DNA from: a virus
IMG/VR virus record: IMGVR_UViG_3300042517_000577
Span: 1-64,000 of that record
Length of the DNA: 64,000 bases
Reading direction: 5' to 3' (one strand)
The position numbers and the translations under genes are program-made. Shown here in pieces: positions 1 to 8,017 of the stretch. How positions within the stretch are numbered: the stretch's first letter is position 1; each line of letters opens with the position of its first letter. A model generated the notes under the pieces. The model ran no database searches. It was not told where the DNA came from and saw only the letters and a list, made by a program, of their open reading frames with translations.

Positions 1-1
1 T

Positions 2-139
2 ATGGTGGACGCTCTTATTTGTGAGAATATGAATGTAGAATATAATGTGATTGCAATTGATGATATCAAGGATTTGATTGCACGATTGTATCAACAGAGT
101 GATGAGTTTCTTGCAAGAGTGAGGAAGAATAATGAGTAG
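2..139 (+). CDS. hypothetical protein, probably 5'-truncated by window edge
   Basis: Open frame from window start to TAG at 137-139, overlapping the start of the next ORF. Confidence 0.4.
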   Translation: MVDALICENMNVEYNVIAIDDIKDLIARLYQQSDEFLARVRKNNE

Positions 140-317
140 ATTTACTGAAAATCCTGATGAGATTGTACTACAAGACATTCAAATGTTTCATCTTGAAAGT
201 ATGAATGAAAGAACTCTATGGGTGGGAGTTTATACACAAAACAATAAAACATATCACTTGAATATTCATGCAGATGGTGATAAACTTAAATACTATTGGA
301 GTAATGAAACAATCTAA
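132..317 (+). CDS. hypothetical phage protein
   Basis: 61-aa ORF with GAGG-like SD, tightly packed with neighbours. Confidence 0.7.
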   Translation: MSRFTENPDEIVLQDIQMFHLESMNERTLWVGVYTQNNKTYHLNIHADGDKLKYYWSNETI

Positions 318-338
318 AACTCAAAGGAGAACACTAAA

Positions 339-506
339 ATGAAACTTTGCAATCTTATCTTTTTCTCACTTATTGGTGTTTGTGTTGCTGGTATGGTGTA
401 TGCTAATACTACCTCAGAAAAGACATCACAACATACATCTACCGTTTCTGGAACTTCTGGTGATTTGAATTGTTCTGGAACATCCTGTGTTGTAAAAGAA
501 AAATGA
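339..506 (+). CDS. small secreted/membrane protein (MKLCNLIFFSLIGVCVAGMVYA...)
   Basis: Read manually: AGGAG SD, hydrophobic N-terminus, ATGA overlap with next ORF. Confidence 0.6.
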   Translation: MKLCNLIFFSLIGVCVAGMVYANTTSEKTSQHTSTVSGTSGDLNCSGTSCVVKEK

Positions 507-856
507 GATTTGAAAACCCAACAAAATGGGAACTCTTCCTTGATGGTTTCCACAACATCTTGTATATTCTTGACTGTTATGATGATGGTGATGAATGGGG
601 ATATGGTGAGTTCTGGGAGAGTTTGAGTATTGGTTGGTATAGAGAGTATATCTATCCTTATGATGACCCTTACAATCTAACTATCAGTCCAGAACGTAAG
701 TTGAGATTAGCACAAGAACTACCAAAGATTACTCTATCAGTAGAGGATTATAATGAACTTGTAGAAAGATTAAATCGACCACAAGATCCTGCTGTGGTAG
801 AAAGAATTAAAGAACTGATGAACCGTAAAGCACCTTGGGATGATAATGATGATTAA
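503..856 (+). CDS. hypothetical protein with DUF1778/TacA-like C-terminal segment
   Basis: Start reassigned to ATG 503 (MRFENP); C-terminus ITLSVEDYNELVERLNRPQDP...KAPW. Confidence 0.6.
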   Translation: MRFENPTKWELFLDGFHNILYILDCYDDGDEWGYGEFWESLSIGWYREYIYPYDDPYNLTISPERKLRLAQELPKITLSVEDYNELVERLNRPQDPAVVERIKELMNRKAPWDDNDD

Positions 857-1043
857 AGGAGTTAGCATCTTTGTTATAGGAATTTCTGTAGTTTTATATG
901 CTATTAATTGGATGTATTCTCAACCAACATTAGAGGATAAGAAGTTTGTAATAATTGATAAGTATAAAGAATGTGATGTAATACAGTATTCTCCTACAAA
1001 TGCAGCAAGATATGAATACTTTTTGTATTGTGGGGACAGTTGA
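840..1043 (+). CDS. small membrane protein
   Basis: N-terminal hydrophobic helix, 67 aa. Confidence 0.6.
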   Translation: MIMMIKGVSIFVIGISVVLYAINWMYSQPTLEDKKFVIIDKYKECDVIQYSPTNAARYEYFLYCGDS

Positions 1044-1091
1044 GGAAGTGGCACACTCCACCCCCATCTGGGGTGGTTTCACCCCTATAAT
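1034..1091 (+). promoter_or_regulatory. early promoter module 1 (palindrome + stem-loop + -10)
   Basis: GGACAGTTGAGGAAGTGGCAC 1034-1054; CCACCCC/GGGGTGG hairpin; TATAAT 1086-1091. Confidence 0.75.
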
Positions 1092-1112
1092 GAGTACATC
1101 CTCAAAAGGGCA

Positions 1113-1373
1113 ATGACTTCCAACCTTTCTAAAATCAAACCTAAACTTCGCACTGAAGGTGTTGTTTCTGGTAACTTCGGCAAGGCAAAAGTAAAGGCAG
1201 GATCTCCTTTGCGTGATATTGGTATGACAAATGCCAAGATAGTTAAAATTAACACGCAGGACGATTACCTTGATAGATTGCATCGTGCATATGTGGCAAC
1301 TGATGATGCTAAACTGAAGAAGTTTATCTTCAATGAAATCAAAAAGATTATGATCCAACGAGGGACTTGGTGA
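1113..1373 (+). CDS. hypothetical early protein
   Basis: 86-aa ORF directly downstream of promoter module 1. Confidence 0.75.
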   Translation: MTSNLSKIKPKLRTEGVVSGNFGKAKVKAGSPLRDIGMTNAKIVKINTQDDYLDRLHRAYVATDDAKLKKFIFNEIKKIMIQRGTW

Positions 1374-1549
1374 TGACAGGAATACAAATTGAATGTGAAA
1401 TTCAAAAATCAGTTAAGCAACATTTACTTAACTGTATGAAACGTCCTGAATATATTAACTATCCTCACTACGATCTAGTAGCAGACTATACTAAAAAGAT
1501 TGCAAGGATAGATGAATTTCTGGAAAAGTTCGATAAGTCTAATACATAA
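1367..1549 (+). CDS. hypothetical protein
   Basis: 60-aa ORF overlapping upstream stop. Confidence 0.55.
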   Translation: MVMTGIQIECEIQKSVKQHLLNCMKRPEYINYPHYDLVADYTKKIARIDEFLEKFDKSNT

Positions 1550-1559
1550 GTATAACGAT

Positions 1560-1616
1560 GGACGGTTTTTGAACTGTCCGTCATCACTTGCTAAGGCACT
1601 CTAAAGGTGCTATACT
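1560..1616 (+). promoter_or_regulatory. early promoter module 2
   Basis: GGACGGTTTTTGAACTGTCC 1560-1579; TTGCTA-17-TATACT (1588-1616). Confidence 0.75.
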
Positions 1617-1639
1617 TACAAAGTAAATCAATCGAGGTT

Positions 1640-1765
1640 ATGCCCGAAACCTATCAATTCACAGGTGATGCCACTACCGTTTTTGGTCTGGTCGGTGTTA
1701 TCAGCACTGCTGTTATTATTTTTTCTGTTTTTCGTTCTTACTGGTCTAGTCCTTACCGCAAATGA
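1640..1765 (+). CDS. 41-aa single-pass membrane protein
   Basis: Read manually: GAGG SD, MPETYQFTGDATTVFGLVGVISTAVIIFSVFRSYWSSPYRK. Confidence 0.65.
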   Translation: MPETYQFTGDATTVFGLVGVISTAVIIFSVFRSYWSSPYRK

Positions 1766-1980
1766 ATTATACAAAACCTCTTTTCGAGTACGAAAAGGAA
1801 CTCAAGGAAGCAAAGAAAAGGTTTGATAAACTCTCTAAGCAATATAAAAAATGTAGGAGTGCTTATCAAGCAGAAATGATGTATGATGATCTCACAATCC
1901 TAAATGAGGACATTGCTGAACTTCAGATGATTGTGAAGGAATTGCGACAGCAGAAAAAACTAGCAGAACTCGAAGTCTGA
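1762..1980 (+). CDS. hypothetical coiled-coil protein
   Basis: 72 aa, ATGA overlap, heptad-like charge pattern. Confidence 0.7.
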   Translation: MNYTKPLFEYEKELKEAKKRFDKLSKQYKKCRSAYQAEMMYDDLTILNEDIAELQMIVKELRQQKKLAELEV

Positions 1981-1983
1981 CAA

Positions 1984-2148
1984 ATGCTAACTTACCAACA
2001 AATTTCTTTAGACTTTGATATGATTGAAATGATTTGCAAATCCTGGATGGAACATTACAACTTCCTGCTTGGTCTTCCAGGTAATACTGAAGTTGACAAT
2101 TTCTTTTATCAGGAACAATTCGATCAATTCAAGTGGTATGATGTTTGA
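1984..2148 (+). CDS. hypothetical protein
   Basis: 54-aa ORF read manually, fills the gap before module 3. Confidence 0.5.
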   Translation: MLTYQQISLDFDMIEMICKSWMEHYNFLLGLPGNTEVDNFFYQEQFDQFKWYDV

Positions 2149-2156
2149 TACCACTT

Positions 2157-2214
2157 GTGCCACTAATCCTTCTGGCACATAACACTTTACAGACCCTACC
2201 ACATCTGCTATGAT
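2157..2214 (+). promoter_or_regulatory. early promoter module 3
   Basis: GTGCCACTAATCCTTCTGGCAC 2157-2178; TTTACA-17-TATGAT. Confidence 0.8.
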
Positions 2215-2242
2215 GTATTCATCAAGTCAAGGAGGTTTCAAG

Positions 2243-2386
2243 ATGATTGATACTTGTGTTCTTCACGATGATTACGAGGACTTTGCTAATAAGTATCTCG
2301 GTATTGATTATGATGATTTTGTGACTTTTCAACTTGGTCTTCCTGATGAAGATGAAATTGAAATTGAGTATCCTGTGATTGCTTGA
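2243..2386 (+). CDS. small acidic protein
   Basis: AGGAGG SD; MIDTCVLHDDYEDFANKYLGIDYDDF... Confidence 0.65.
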   Translation: MIDTCVLHDDYEDFANKYLGIDYDDFVTFQLGLPDEDEIEIEYPVIA

Positions 2387-2446
2387 TTTCTGGGAATGGA
2401 TTTGCCCTAAAGTTATCCACCTTTTGTTCACTTGACTTTTTCTTGA

Positions 2447-2671
2447 ATGTCTGCTAAACTGATTGCTATTGCTTCTGAAATTGTTGATACCAACCCTGCT
2501 GGTGCTCAACTCATTGTTAATCTGACTAAAGCAGAAACTGGTGCTGAATTGATTGAAGCACTGGATAATTATGACTCCACTGTGCTTGAGAATTATACTC
2601 AACCTGTGGACCTTGAAGATGATGGTTATGTTTCCCTCACCGATGCTGATGGTACTGTAACTTACGTCTGA
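2447..2671 (+). CDS. hypothetical acidic protein
   Basis: 74-aa ORF with T-ending codon bias like other highly expressed phage genes. Confidence 0.7.
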   Translation: MSAKLIAIASEIVDTNPAGAQLIVNLTKAETGAELIEALDNYDSTVLENYTQPVDLEDDGYVSLTDADGTVTYV

Positions 2672-2760
2672 TAGATAATCAGGGGCATTAAAGGTCCAAA
2701 CTTTAAGTAAGTCCCACACCCTCCATGCCTCTTAATAATGCACAAACAGGAGGGTCTCTT

Positions 2761-2834
<74 letters not shown>

Positions 2835-2855
2835 TTGTTCACTCTTATCTTTATT

Positions 2856-3023
2856 ATGAACACCGAAACTTCCTTTAATCTTTCTTACGATTGCCGTCAT
2901 TCTGAAACAAGGGATGTTGTTATGAGTTTGAATGTTTCATTTGAAAATGCTTCAGAAGAAGTAATCAAACAAAGAATCAATACCTGGTTGAAAGCAATAG
3001 GATTTGATTTTGAGGTAAAATAA
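2856..3023 (+). CDS. hypothetical protein
   Basis: Start reassigned to ATG 2856 because the track start lies inside the tRNA. Confidence 0.55.
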   Translation: MNTETSFNLSYDCRHSETRDVVMSLNVSFENASEEVIKQRINTWLKAIGFDFEVK

Positions 3024-3075
3024 AATTAAAGTCTAGATACTAATGGAAGTATAATCTCTCCACTGACAAATTCGT

Positions 3076-3552
3076 ATGGATTACTTAAACATTGAACCAA
3101 ACCAAACAATACTTGTTCTAAATGCATCCTACGAACCAATTAACTTTACTAATTGGAAAAGAGCAATCGTATTGCTTATGAAGAATAAAGCACAAGCACT
3201 CGGCAAGAGAGTTATTCGTTTGGTAAATTATATTAAGTTACCATATGAGAAATTGGCACAAAACAAACCATCACGGTCTATGATTTACAAACGTGATGGG
3301 CATAAGTGTCAGTATTGTGGTTCTACTAAAGAACTTACAATCGACCACATCATTCCTCGTTCCCGTGGGGGTGAGGATACTTGGGAAAATCTAGTTGTTG
3401 CTTGTATGCCTTGTAATACTAGAAAAGGTGATAAGTTTCTTGAAGAAACTAATATGTCTCTTCGCACTATTCCAAGAAAACCAATAAATAAAATGTTATT
3501 TGCTTTAGATAGAGCAAATGATCCAGAATGGAATGAGTATTCATATAATTGA
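3076..3552 (+). CDS. HNH endonuclease (McrA-like)
   Basis: LVLNASYEP N-terminus; RDGHKCQYCG...TIDHIIPRSRGG...NLVVACMPCN..KG. Confidence 0.92.
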   Translation: MDYLNIEPNQTILVLNASYEPINFTNWKRAIVLLMKNKAQALGKRVIRLVNYIKLPYEKLAQNKPSRSMIYKRDGHKCQYCGSTKELTIDHIIPRSRGGEDTWENLVVACMPCNTRKGDKFLEETNMSLRTIPRKPINKMLFALDRANDPEWNEYSYN

Positions 3553-3553
3553 T

Positions 3554-3611
3554 GTGACACTCGTACAACCGTCCATAACACCTCTCCAAGCAACTGGAGA
3601 GGTGTTATACT
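3554..3611 (+). promoter_or_regulatory. early promoter module 4
   Basis: GTGACACTCGTACAACCGTCCA 3554-3575; 14-bp perfect hairpin 3575-3608; TATACT 3606-3611. Confidence 0.75.
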
Positions 3612-3634
3612 AAGTTCATCAACAAAGAGGGAGG

Positions 3635-3760
3635 ATGACTACCCCAAACTGGCAACACAATTCAGGAAAAGATAAGAATAGTAAAGGGACTTGTAAGGGG
3701 AAACTCAAAGCAAGAAAGCAAGCACTTCAACACATCAAACGCAAACTGAAAGTAATCTAA
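3635..3760 (+). CDS. small basic protein (MTTPNWQHNSGK...)
   Basis: Read manually; GAGGGAGG SD; first gene after module 4. Confidence 0.6.
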   Translation: MTTPNWQHNSGKDKNSKGTCKGKLKARKQALQHIKRKLKVI

Positions 3761-4041
3761 TGAAAGAAGTCACTATTACTGTCAAACTTCTTCTTGAAGA
3801 TGATCAACCATCTTGTGATTGGGTTTATGAAAGTATCTACGAACAACTCAATCACGATGCTGGTGAAGCAATTCTTGAATATAATGATGATGAACCCAAC
3901 GTAAAATGAAAATGAACTCTAAAACTATTGCTTACATTCTTCTTGGGGTTGTTGCGATTGTCAGTTGGAATGTATTTCTTATTCAACGTGACAATAAAAT
4001 GTTTGATAGATATGAAAAGATGACAATATCAGAATCAATAA

Positions 4042-4236
4042 ATGTTTAACGGATTATTTTCAGAAGGTCTAGAGGTTTATTACAAACAGCAGTATGGAAT
4101 CATCAGGTTTGTCTGTGATGAATACATTACTGTGTGTGTTCGCACTTTTCCAAGGGAAAGAGTTAAAGACGTTTGTATTGTAGTTCATCCAGAAAATTAC
4201 AAGTATGTTGAACTAATCAAGGAATCTACAAAGTGA
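4042..4236 (+). CDS. hypothetical protein
   Basis: 64-aa ORF in tightly packed cluster. Confidence 0.6.
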   Translation: MFNGLFSEGLEVYYKQQYGIIRFVCDEYITVCVRTFPRERVKDVCIVVHPENYKYVELIKESTK

Positions 4237-4243
4237 TGCTGGT

Positions 4244-4301
4244 GTGCCACTTGTAGCACTGGCACTGTAAAGTCCCGCAGACCCCCCTGATGCCCTATAA
4301 T
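4244..4301 (+). promoter_or_regulatory. early promoter module 5
   Basis: GTGCCACTTGTAGCACTGGCAC 4244-4265; TATAAT 4296-4301. Confidence 0.85.
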
Positions 4302-4327
4302 ACAGGGACACAAGCAAAGGAAACCAC

Positions 4328-4573
4328 TTGGTAGACCTCAACACTGTTTTTAACTACACTGCTTCTCGTTGGGATTGGCAAGATGGCAATGTAAATCAAA
4401 TGTGGATTCAAGAGATTGAAGAATCTCCTGATTGCTACCGTTATGTTGCTGTTGCTTACAATCCTCGTAAGAATACGAGTATGGTGATGAGTGAACCTCG
4501 TTGCTATGCTGATACCCTGAACTGGGTTCGTAGTTTCTGTGCTTCTTTCTGTATTCTTCCTGAGTATTGCTAA
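4328..4573 (+). CDS. hypothetical early protein (TTG start)
   Basis: AAGGA SD before TTG, directly after module 5. Confidence 0.65.
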   Translation: MVDLNTVFNYTASRWDWQDGNVNQMWIQEIEESPDCYRYVAVAYNPRKNTSMVMSEPRCYADTLNWVRSFCASFCILPEYC

Positions 4574-4771
4574 TGGAAAACATCAAGGCATTTATTGTTC
4601 CTAATACTCACTATACTGTGATAGTTCAGGAATACAAACAAAACACACTACGAGATGATGCTTATTGGGTAACTAAACAAGTTAAAACATACAAAAAGGA
4701 AAAGGACGCACTTAAGTTTCTTTCCCGTTTTTCTTGACTCATTGCATCAATCTCAACATCCTTAACTTATT

Positions 4772-5152
4772 ATGACTTTCACCTTCCCTCGTCTGTCTTC
4801 TGGCATCTACGAAGTCCAGAAGGATTCTAATACTGTTGGATTCATTCGTAAAGCATCTGCATCAAAGTGGATTGTTGTTGATGTTGTAGACACTCCTCAA
4901 CACGTTACAAAGACCCTCAAAGATGCTAAAGATGCTTGTATCAACCTCATCATCTTTGATACAGTTGACAACACTGTAGAAACTGAGTATAATGAGTCTG
5001 TCCAAGATGAAAAGGTGAATGAGAACCTTAATAATACTCTAGAGGGTTCTTTGCACTGCTATAAGCAAATACCTGGAACTGATGAGTTTGAGGAAGTATG
5101 TCCTACTACTTTTGGGTTCTCTGTTCCTACTCTTGAACCGATTGAGTTCTAA
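4772..5152 (+). CDS. hypothetical protein
   Basis: 126-aa ORF. Confidence 0.7.
   Translation: MTFTFPRLSSGIYEVQKDSNTVGFIRKASASKWIVVDVVDTPQHVTKTLKDAKDACINLIIFDTVDNTVETEYNESVQDEKVNENLNNTLEGSLHCYKQIPGTDEFEEVCPTTFGFSVPTLEPIEF
4965..4993 (+). promoter_or_regulatory. consensus sigma70 promoter inside ORF 4772-5152
   Basis: TTGACA-17-TATAAT exact. Confidence 0.7.
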
Positions 5153-5324
5153 TGCTTAAGTTCATTCTTCATACTATTTTTCAACAAAACAAAATGCACG
5201 ATTCAACTTTAGATCTTTTCTGTGATCACGATGATGATAGTATTGCTGATGAGTATGCAATGGAAATTGAAATGAAAGCAGCAATGCTTGAAGTGACCGT
5301 TGATTATTATATGATGGAGTTTAT

Positions 5325-5636
5325 GTGATGCAGGAATGGGATTGTACTGTTCGTATGCCTTCCAATTATCTTCAACATATGATTGTGGAGGCATATAATT
5401 ACAATGATGCCAGAAGTATTGCAGAATCAAGCACTGGAGGTAAGTTAATCAATGCAACTCCAAAGTATGGTGCAGAAATATCTGATGACAACAGTTCTAA
5501 TTCTTCATCATCATTAGATGGAGCAGGAATACTATTTTTTCTTGTCATTGCATTTTGTATTGCTGCCTGGAAGTATATTCTACTCATTGGTGGTCTAGCA
5601 CTTCTTCTATGGATTCTATGGAAGAACTGGAACTAA
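5325..5636 (+). CDS. membrane protein
   Basis: Ser-rich linker followed by C-terminal hydrophobic helices. Confidence 0.7.
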   Translation: MMQEWDCTVRMPSNYLQHMIVEAYNYNDARSIAESSTGGKLINATPKYGAEISDDNSSNSSSSLDGAGILFFLVIAFCIAAWKYILLIGGLALLLWILWKNWN

Positions 5637-5658
5637 ATAACTAGAGGCAATTCTACTT

Positions 5659-5928
5659 ATGAAGTACAGAATTGATGCCAGATATGTCTGGTATAATAAA
5701 GGAACAATGATTGTTCTGATGTATTTCATAAATCAAATTCCATTTACATTTGATGAACTTCCAGCAGATTCAATTTCCGATTTAGAGTTAATTGCTCTTG
5801 CTGACAAAGAACGTCGATTTGATCCAGAGGATTTATATAAAACTTCCTTTTATCTTATTGATGAAGAATGTCATCCAATGTTATTTGAATTAGATTTAGA
5901 AAACCCTGAATTATTACCACCATCTTAA
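5659..5928 (+). CDS. hypothetical protein, late-promoter driven
   Basis: CTAAATA at 5633-5639 and GAGG upstream; 89 aa. Confidence 0.75.
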   Translation: MKYRIDARYVWYNKGTMIVLMYFINQIPFTFDELPADSISDLELIALADKERRFDPEDLYKTSFYLIDEECHPMLFELDLENPELLPPS

Positions 5929-5929
5929 T

Positions 5930-6003
5930 GCCTGTGTAGCTCAGTTGGATAGAGCAACGGTTTTGTAAACCGTAGGTCGTCGGTTCAAGTCCGACCGTGG
6001 GCT
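5930..6003 (+). tRNA. tRNA-Thr(TGT)
   Basis: Anticodon arm ACGGT-TTTGTAA-ACCGT, T-loop GTTCAAGTC, acceptor GCCTGTG/CGTGGGC with three G-U pairs. Confidence 0.88.
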
Positions 6004-6018
6004 TATAATTTATACTAT

Positions 6019-6075
6019 GTGCCACTTGTAGCACTGTCCATAACATTCCCATTTGCACCCTGTGGGTGCTATAAT
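6019..6075 (+). promoter_or_regulatory. early promoter module 6
   Basis: GTGCCACTTGTAGCACTGTCCA 6019-6040; TATAAT 6070-6075. Confidence 0.85.
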
Positions 6076-6093
6076 ACTTGTATTGATTTGATT

Positions 6094-7332
6094 ATGATGC
6101 TGAACCTTCTTCCTTATCAACAACGTGCTCTCAAGGCAGTTCAAAATGCTATCAGGGGTTCTGTTTATATTCCTACTGGTGGTGGTAAGACTGTTGTGAT
6201 GATGGAAGATGCACGTCAACGTGTTCTAAATGCACTAGAACCGATGACGTTTGTTGTTGTCGCACCTCGTATTCTGCTTGCAAATCAACTCTGTTCGGAG
6301 TTCGAAGAATATCTCAAAGACCAGAATGTTTCTTATCTGCACGTTCACAGTGGAGAAACTCATCATCAATCCTCTACACGTCCATCAGTCATTGCAGAAT
6401 ACAATGACACTGCAATCGGAAGTGGTAAACATCAATTTATCTTCACCACATACAATTCGATAGGTCGTGTGAATGAAGCAGATATTAACATTGATGTTGT
6501 GTATTTCGATGAGGCACATCACTGTGTGAAACCATCTAATTTTGTGGGTATTGCTCACACTTCAGCAGTTGCAGATAATGCTTATTTCTTCACTGCAACT
6601 CCAAAGTTCAATAACAGCAAGGAGTCGATGAACAATACTGATGTTTATGGTAATAACATCATCAGTATTCCTGCACAAGAACTCATTGAGGCAGGTAGTA
6701 TCATTCCTCCCAAAGTTGTGCCTTATGAAGCACAAACTATTCGTACCAAAGAAAATGCACCTTTTGTCGATGCTGAAAACATCATCGGTATTCTTTCGGA
6801 AATTGAAGAAGAAACCACTGCTAAAGTTCTTGTTGCTGCTCCTAGTACTAAAGTAATCTGGGCAATGTTTACTGAGAGTGATTTGCTTCAACAACTCAAT
6901 GATATGGGTTATACTATTATGCACATCACTTCCAAGCATGGTGCTTATATCGACAAACAGAAAGTGTCCCGTGAAGTATTCTTCCAGAAGATGAATGAGT
7001 TTGGTGCTGACCCAGACAAGAAGTTCATTGTATTTCACTATAGCATCTTGTCTGAAGGTATGAATGTTCACGGTCTGACCCATTGCATTATGCTTCGCAA
7101 TCTTCCTCTGATTGAAATGGCACAGACTGTTGGACGTGTTATCCGTATGCACCGTGATGATCGACAAGCAATCGCAGATGGTAAGATGAAAGCAGGTGAG
7201 TTTGCTTTCTATAAGAAACCCTTTGGCACTATCACTATTCCTGTGAACAACAACTATGGTGATAAGATTGCTCGTCAACTTCAAACTGTCGTTGATACTA
7301 TCTTTGTGAAGGGTGAAGTTCTTGTTGCCTAG
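6094..7332 (+). CDS. superfamily II (DEAH, ResIII-like) helicase
   Basis: LLPYQ, PTGGGKT (Walker A), FDEAHH, TATP, LSEGMN, QTVGRVIR; start reassigned downstream of the promoter. Confidence 0.9.
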   Translation: MMLNLLPYQQRALKAVQNAIRGSVYIPTGGGKTVVMMEDARQRVLNALEPMTFVVVAPRILLANQLCSEFEEYLKDQNVSYLHVHSGETHHQSSTRPSVIAEYNDTAIGSGKHQFIFTTYNSIGRVNEADINIDVVYFDEAHHCVKPSNFVGIAHTSAVADNAYFFTATPKFNNSKESMNNTDVYGNNIISIPAQELIEAGSIIPPKVVPYEAQTIRTKENAPFVDAENIIGILSEIEEETTAKVLVAAPSTKVIWAMFTESDLLQQLNDMGYTIMHITSKHGAYIDKQKVSREVFFQKMNEFGADPDKKFIVFHYSILSEGMNVHGLTHCIMLRNLPLIEMAQTVGRVIRMHRDDRQAIADGKMKAGEFAFYKKPFGTITIPVNNNYGDKIARQLQTVVDTIFVKGEVLVA

Positions 7333-7389
7333 TGCCACTTGTAGTACTGGCACATACATTTACCGCAGGGGCATCAAATGCCCTATAAT
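7332..7389 (+). promoter_or_regulatory. early promoter module 7
   Basis: GTGCCACTTGTAGTACTGGCAC 7332-7353 overlapping the helicase TAG; TATAAT 7384-7389. Confidence 0.85.
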
Positions 7390-7413
7390 ACAGAGATACA
7401 AAACAAACCAAAA

Positions 7414-7983
7414 ATGATTTCGTACCTGGAAGGAAAATTACTTCCCCTCATGCTTTCCATTAAACCGAAGAAAACAGAATCTTATATTCTTCGAGCACTT
7501 GGTAAAAATAGTTTTGTTTCCCAGCAATCTATTTTGATTGCATTTGGAGATAGGATTGAAAAGTTTTGGAATATGGTAATTAGTGATAGTGCTATTGCCA
7601 ATAACTTAATTGAAGATAATAATATGATTAACGTAAACGGTAGAATGAGGCAGATCGACATTCTATTCAATTTGTATGAATTTCATTGTTATTATCTTGA
7701 ATGTAAGTGTAATTTGAATTTTGATAGTGAGAAGATTATAGCATCAAATGAAAAAGTTATTGATGTTGCAAATTCTATTGGAAAGGATGTGAAATTTGGA
7801 TATTTTGTTCCTGTTGTACCTGAAATTAGCAAAGTTGAACTGGCAAAATATAATAATAAAGGTATAAATGTATACGGAGTTAATTGGATGATTGAGACTA
7901 TTCAAGCACCGTTCACTTCAGATGAATACTTCACATTTCTTCGTGAAGTAGTTTCTCCTATCCTTGAGGAAATGGGTCTTTGA
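7414..7983 (+). CDS. putative PD-(D/E)XK nuclease / type II restriction endonuclease
   Basis: G..IEKFW helix, RQIDILF...YYLECK motif; immediately upstream of an adenine methylase. Confidence 0.6.
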   Translation: MISYLEGKLLPLMLSIKPKKTESYILRALGKNSFVSQQSILIAFGDRIEKFWNMVISDSAIANNLIEDNNMINVNGRMRQIDILFNLYEFHCYYLECKCNLNFDSEKIIASNEKVIDVANSIGKDVKFGYFVPVVPEISKVELAKYNNKGINVYGVNWMIETIQAPFTSDEYFTFLREVVSPILEEMGL

Positions 7984-8017
7984 TGCTAGAATTAGATTTT
8001 AATTTGATTGTGTACCT

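Noticed and set aside
2391-2419. Small pseudoknot-like element TGGGAATGGATTTGCCCTAAAGTTATCCA
   Set aside because: Stems are only 3-5 bp and cannot be distinguished from chance without homologues
2681-2760. HDV-like/theta ribozyme beside tRNA
   Set aside because: Lies 5' rather than 3' of the tRNA and lacks the P3 hairpin and nested double-pseudoknot order
6019-6093. N-terminal extensions of the track ORFs at 6019, 7378 and 2811
   Set aside because: They overlap promoter modules or the tRNA; downstream ATGs are the plausible starts
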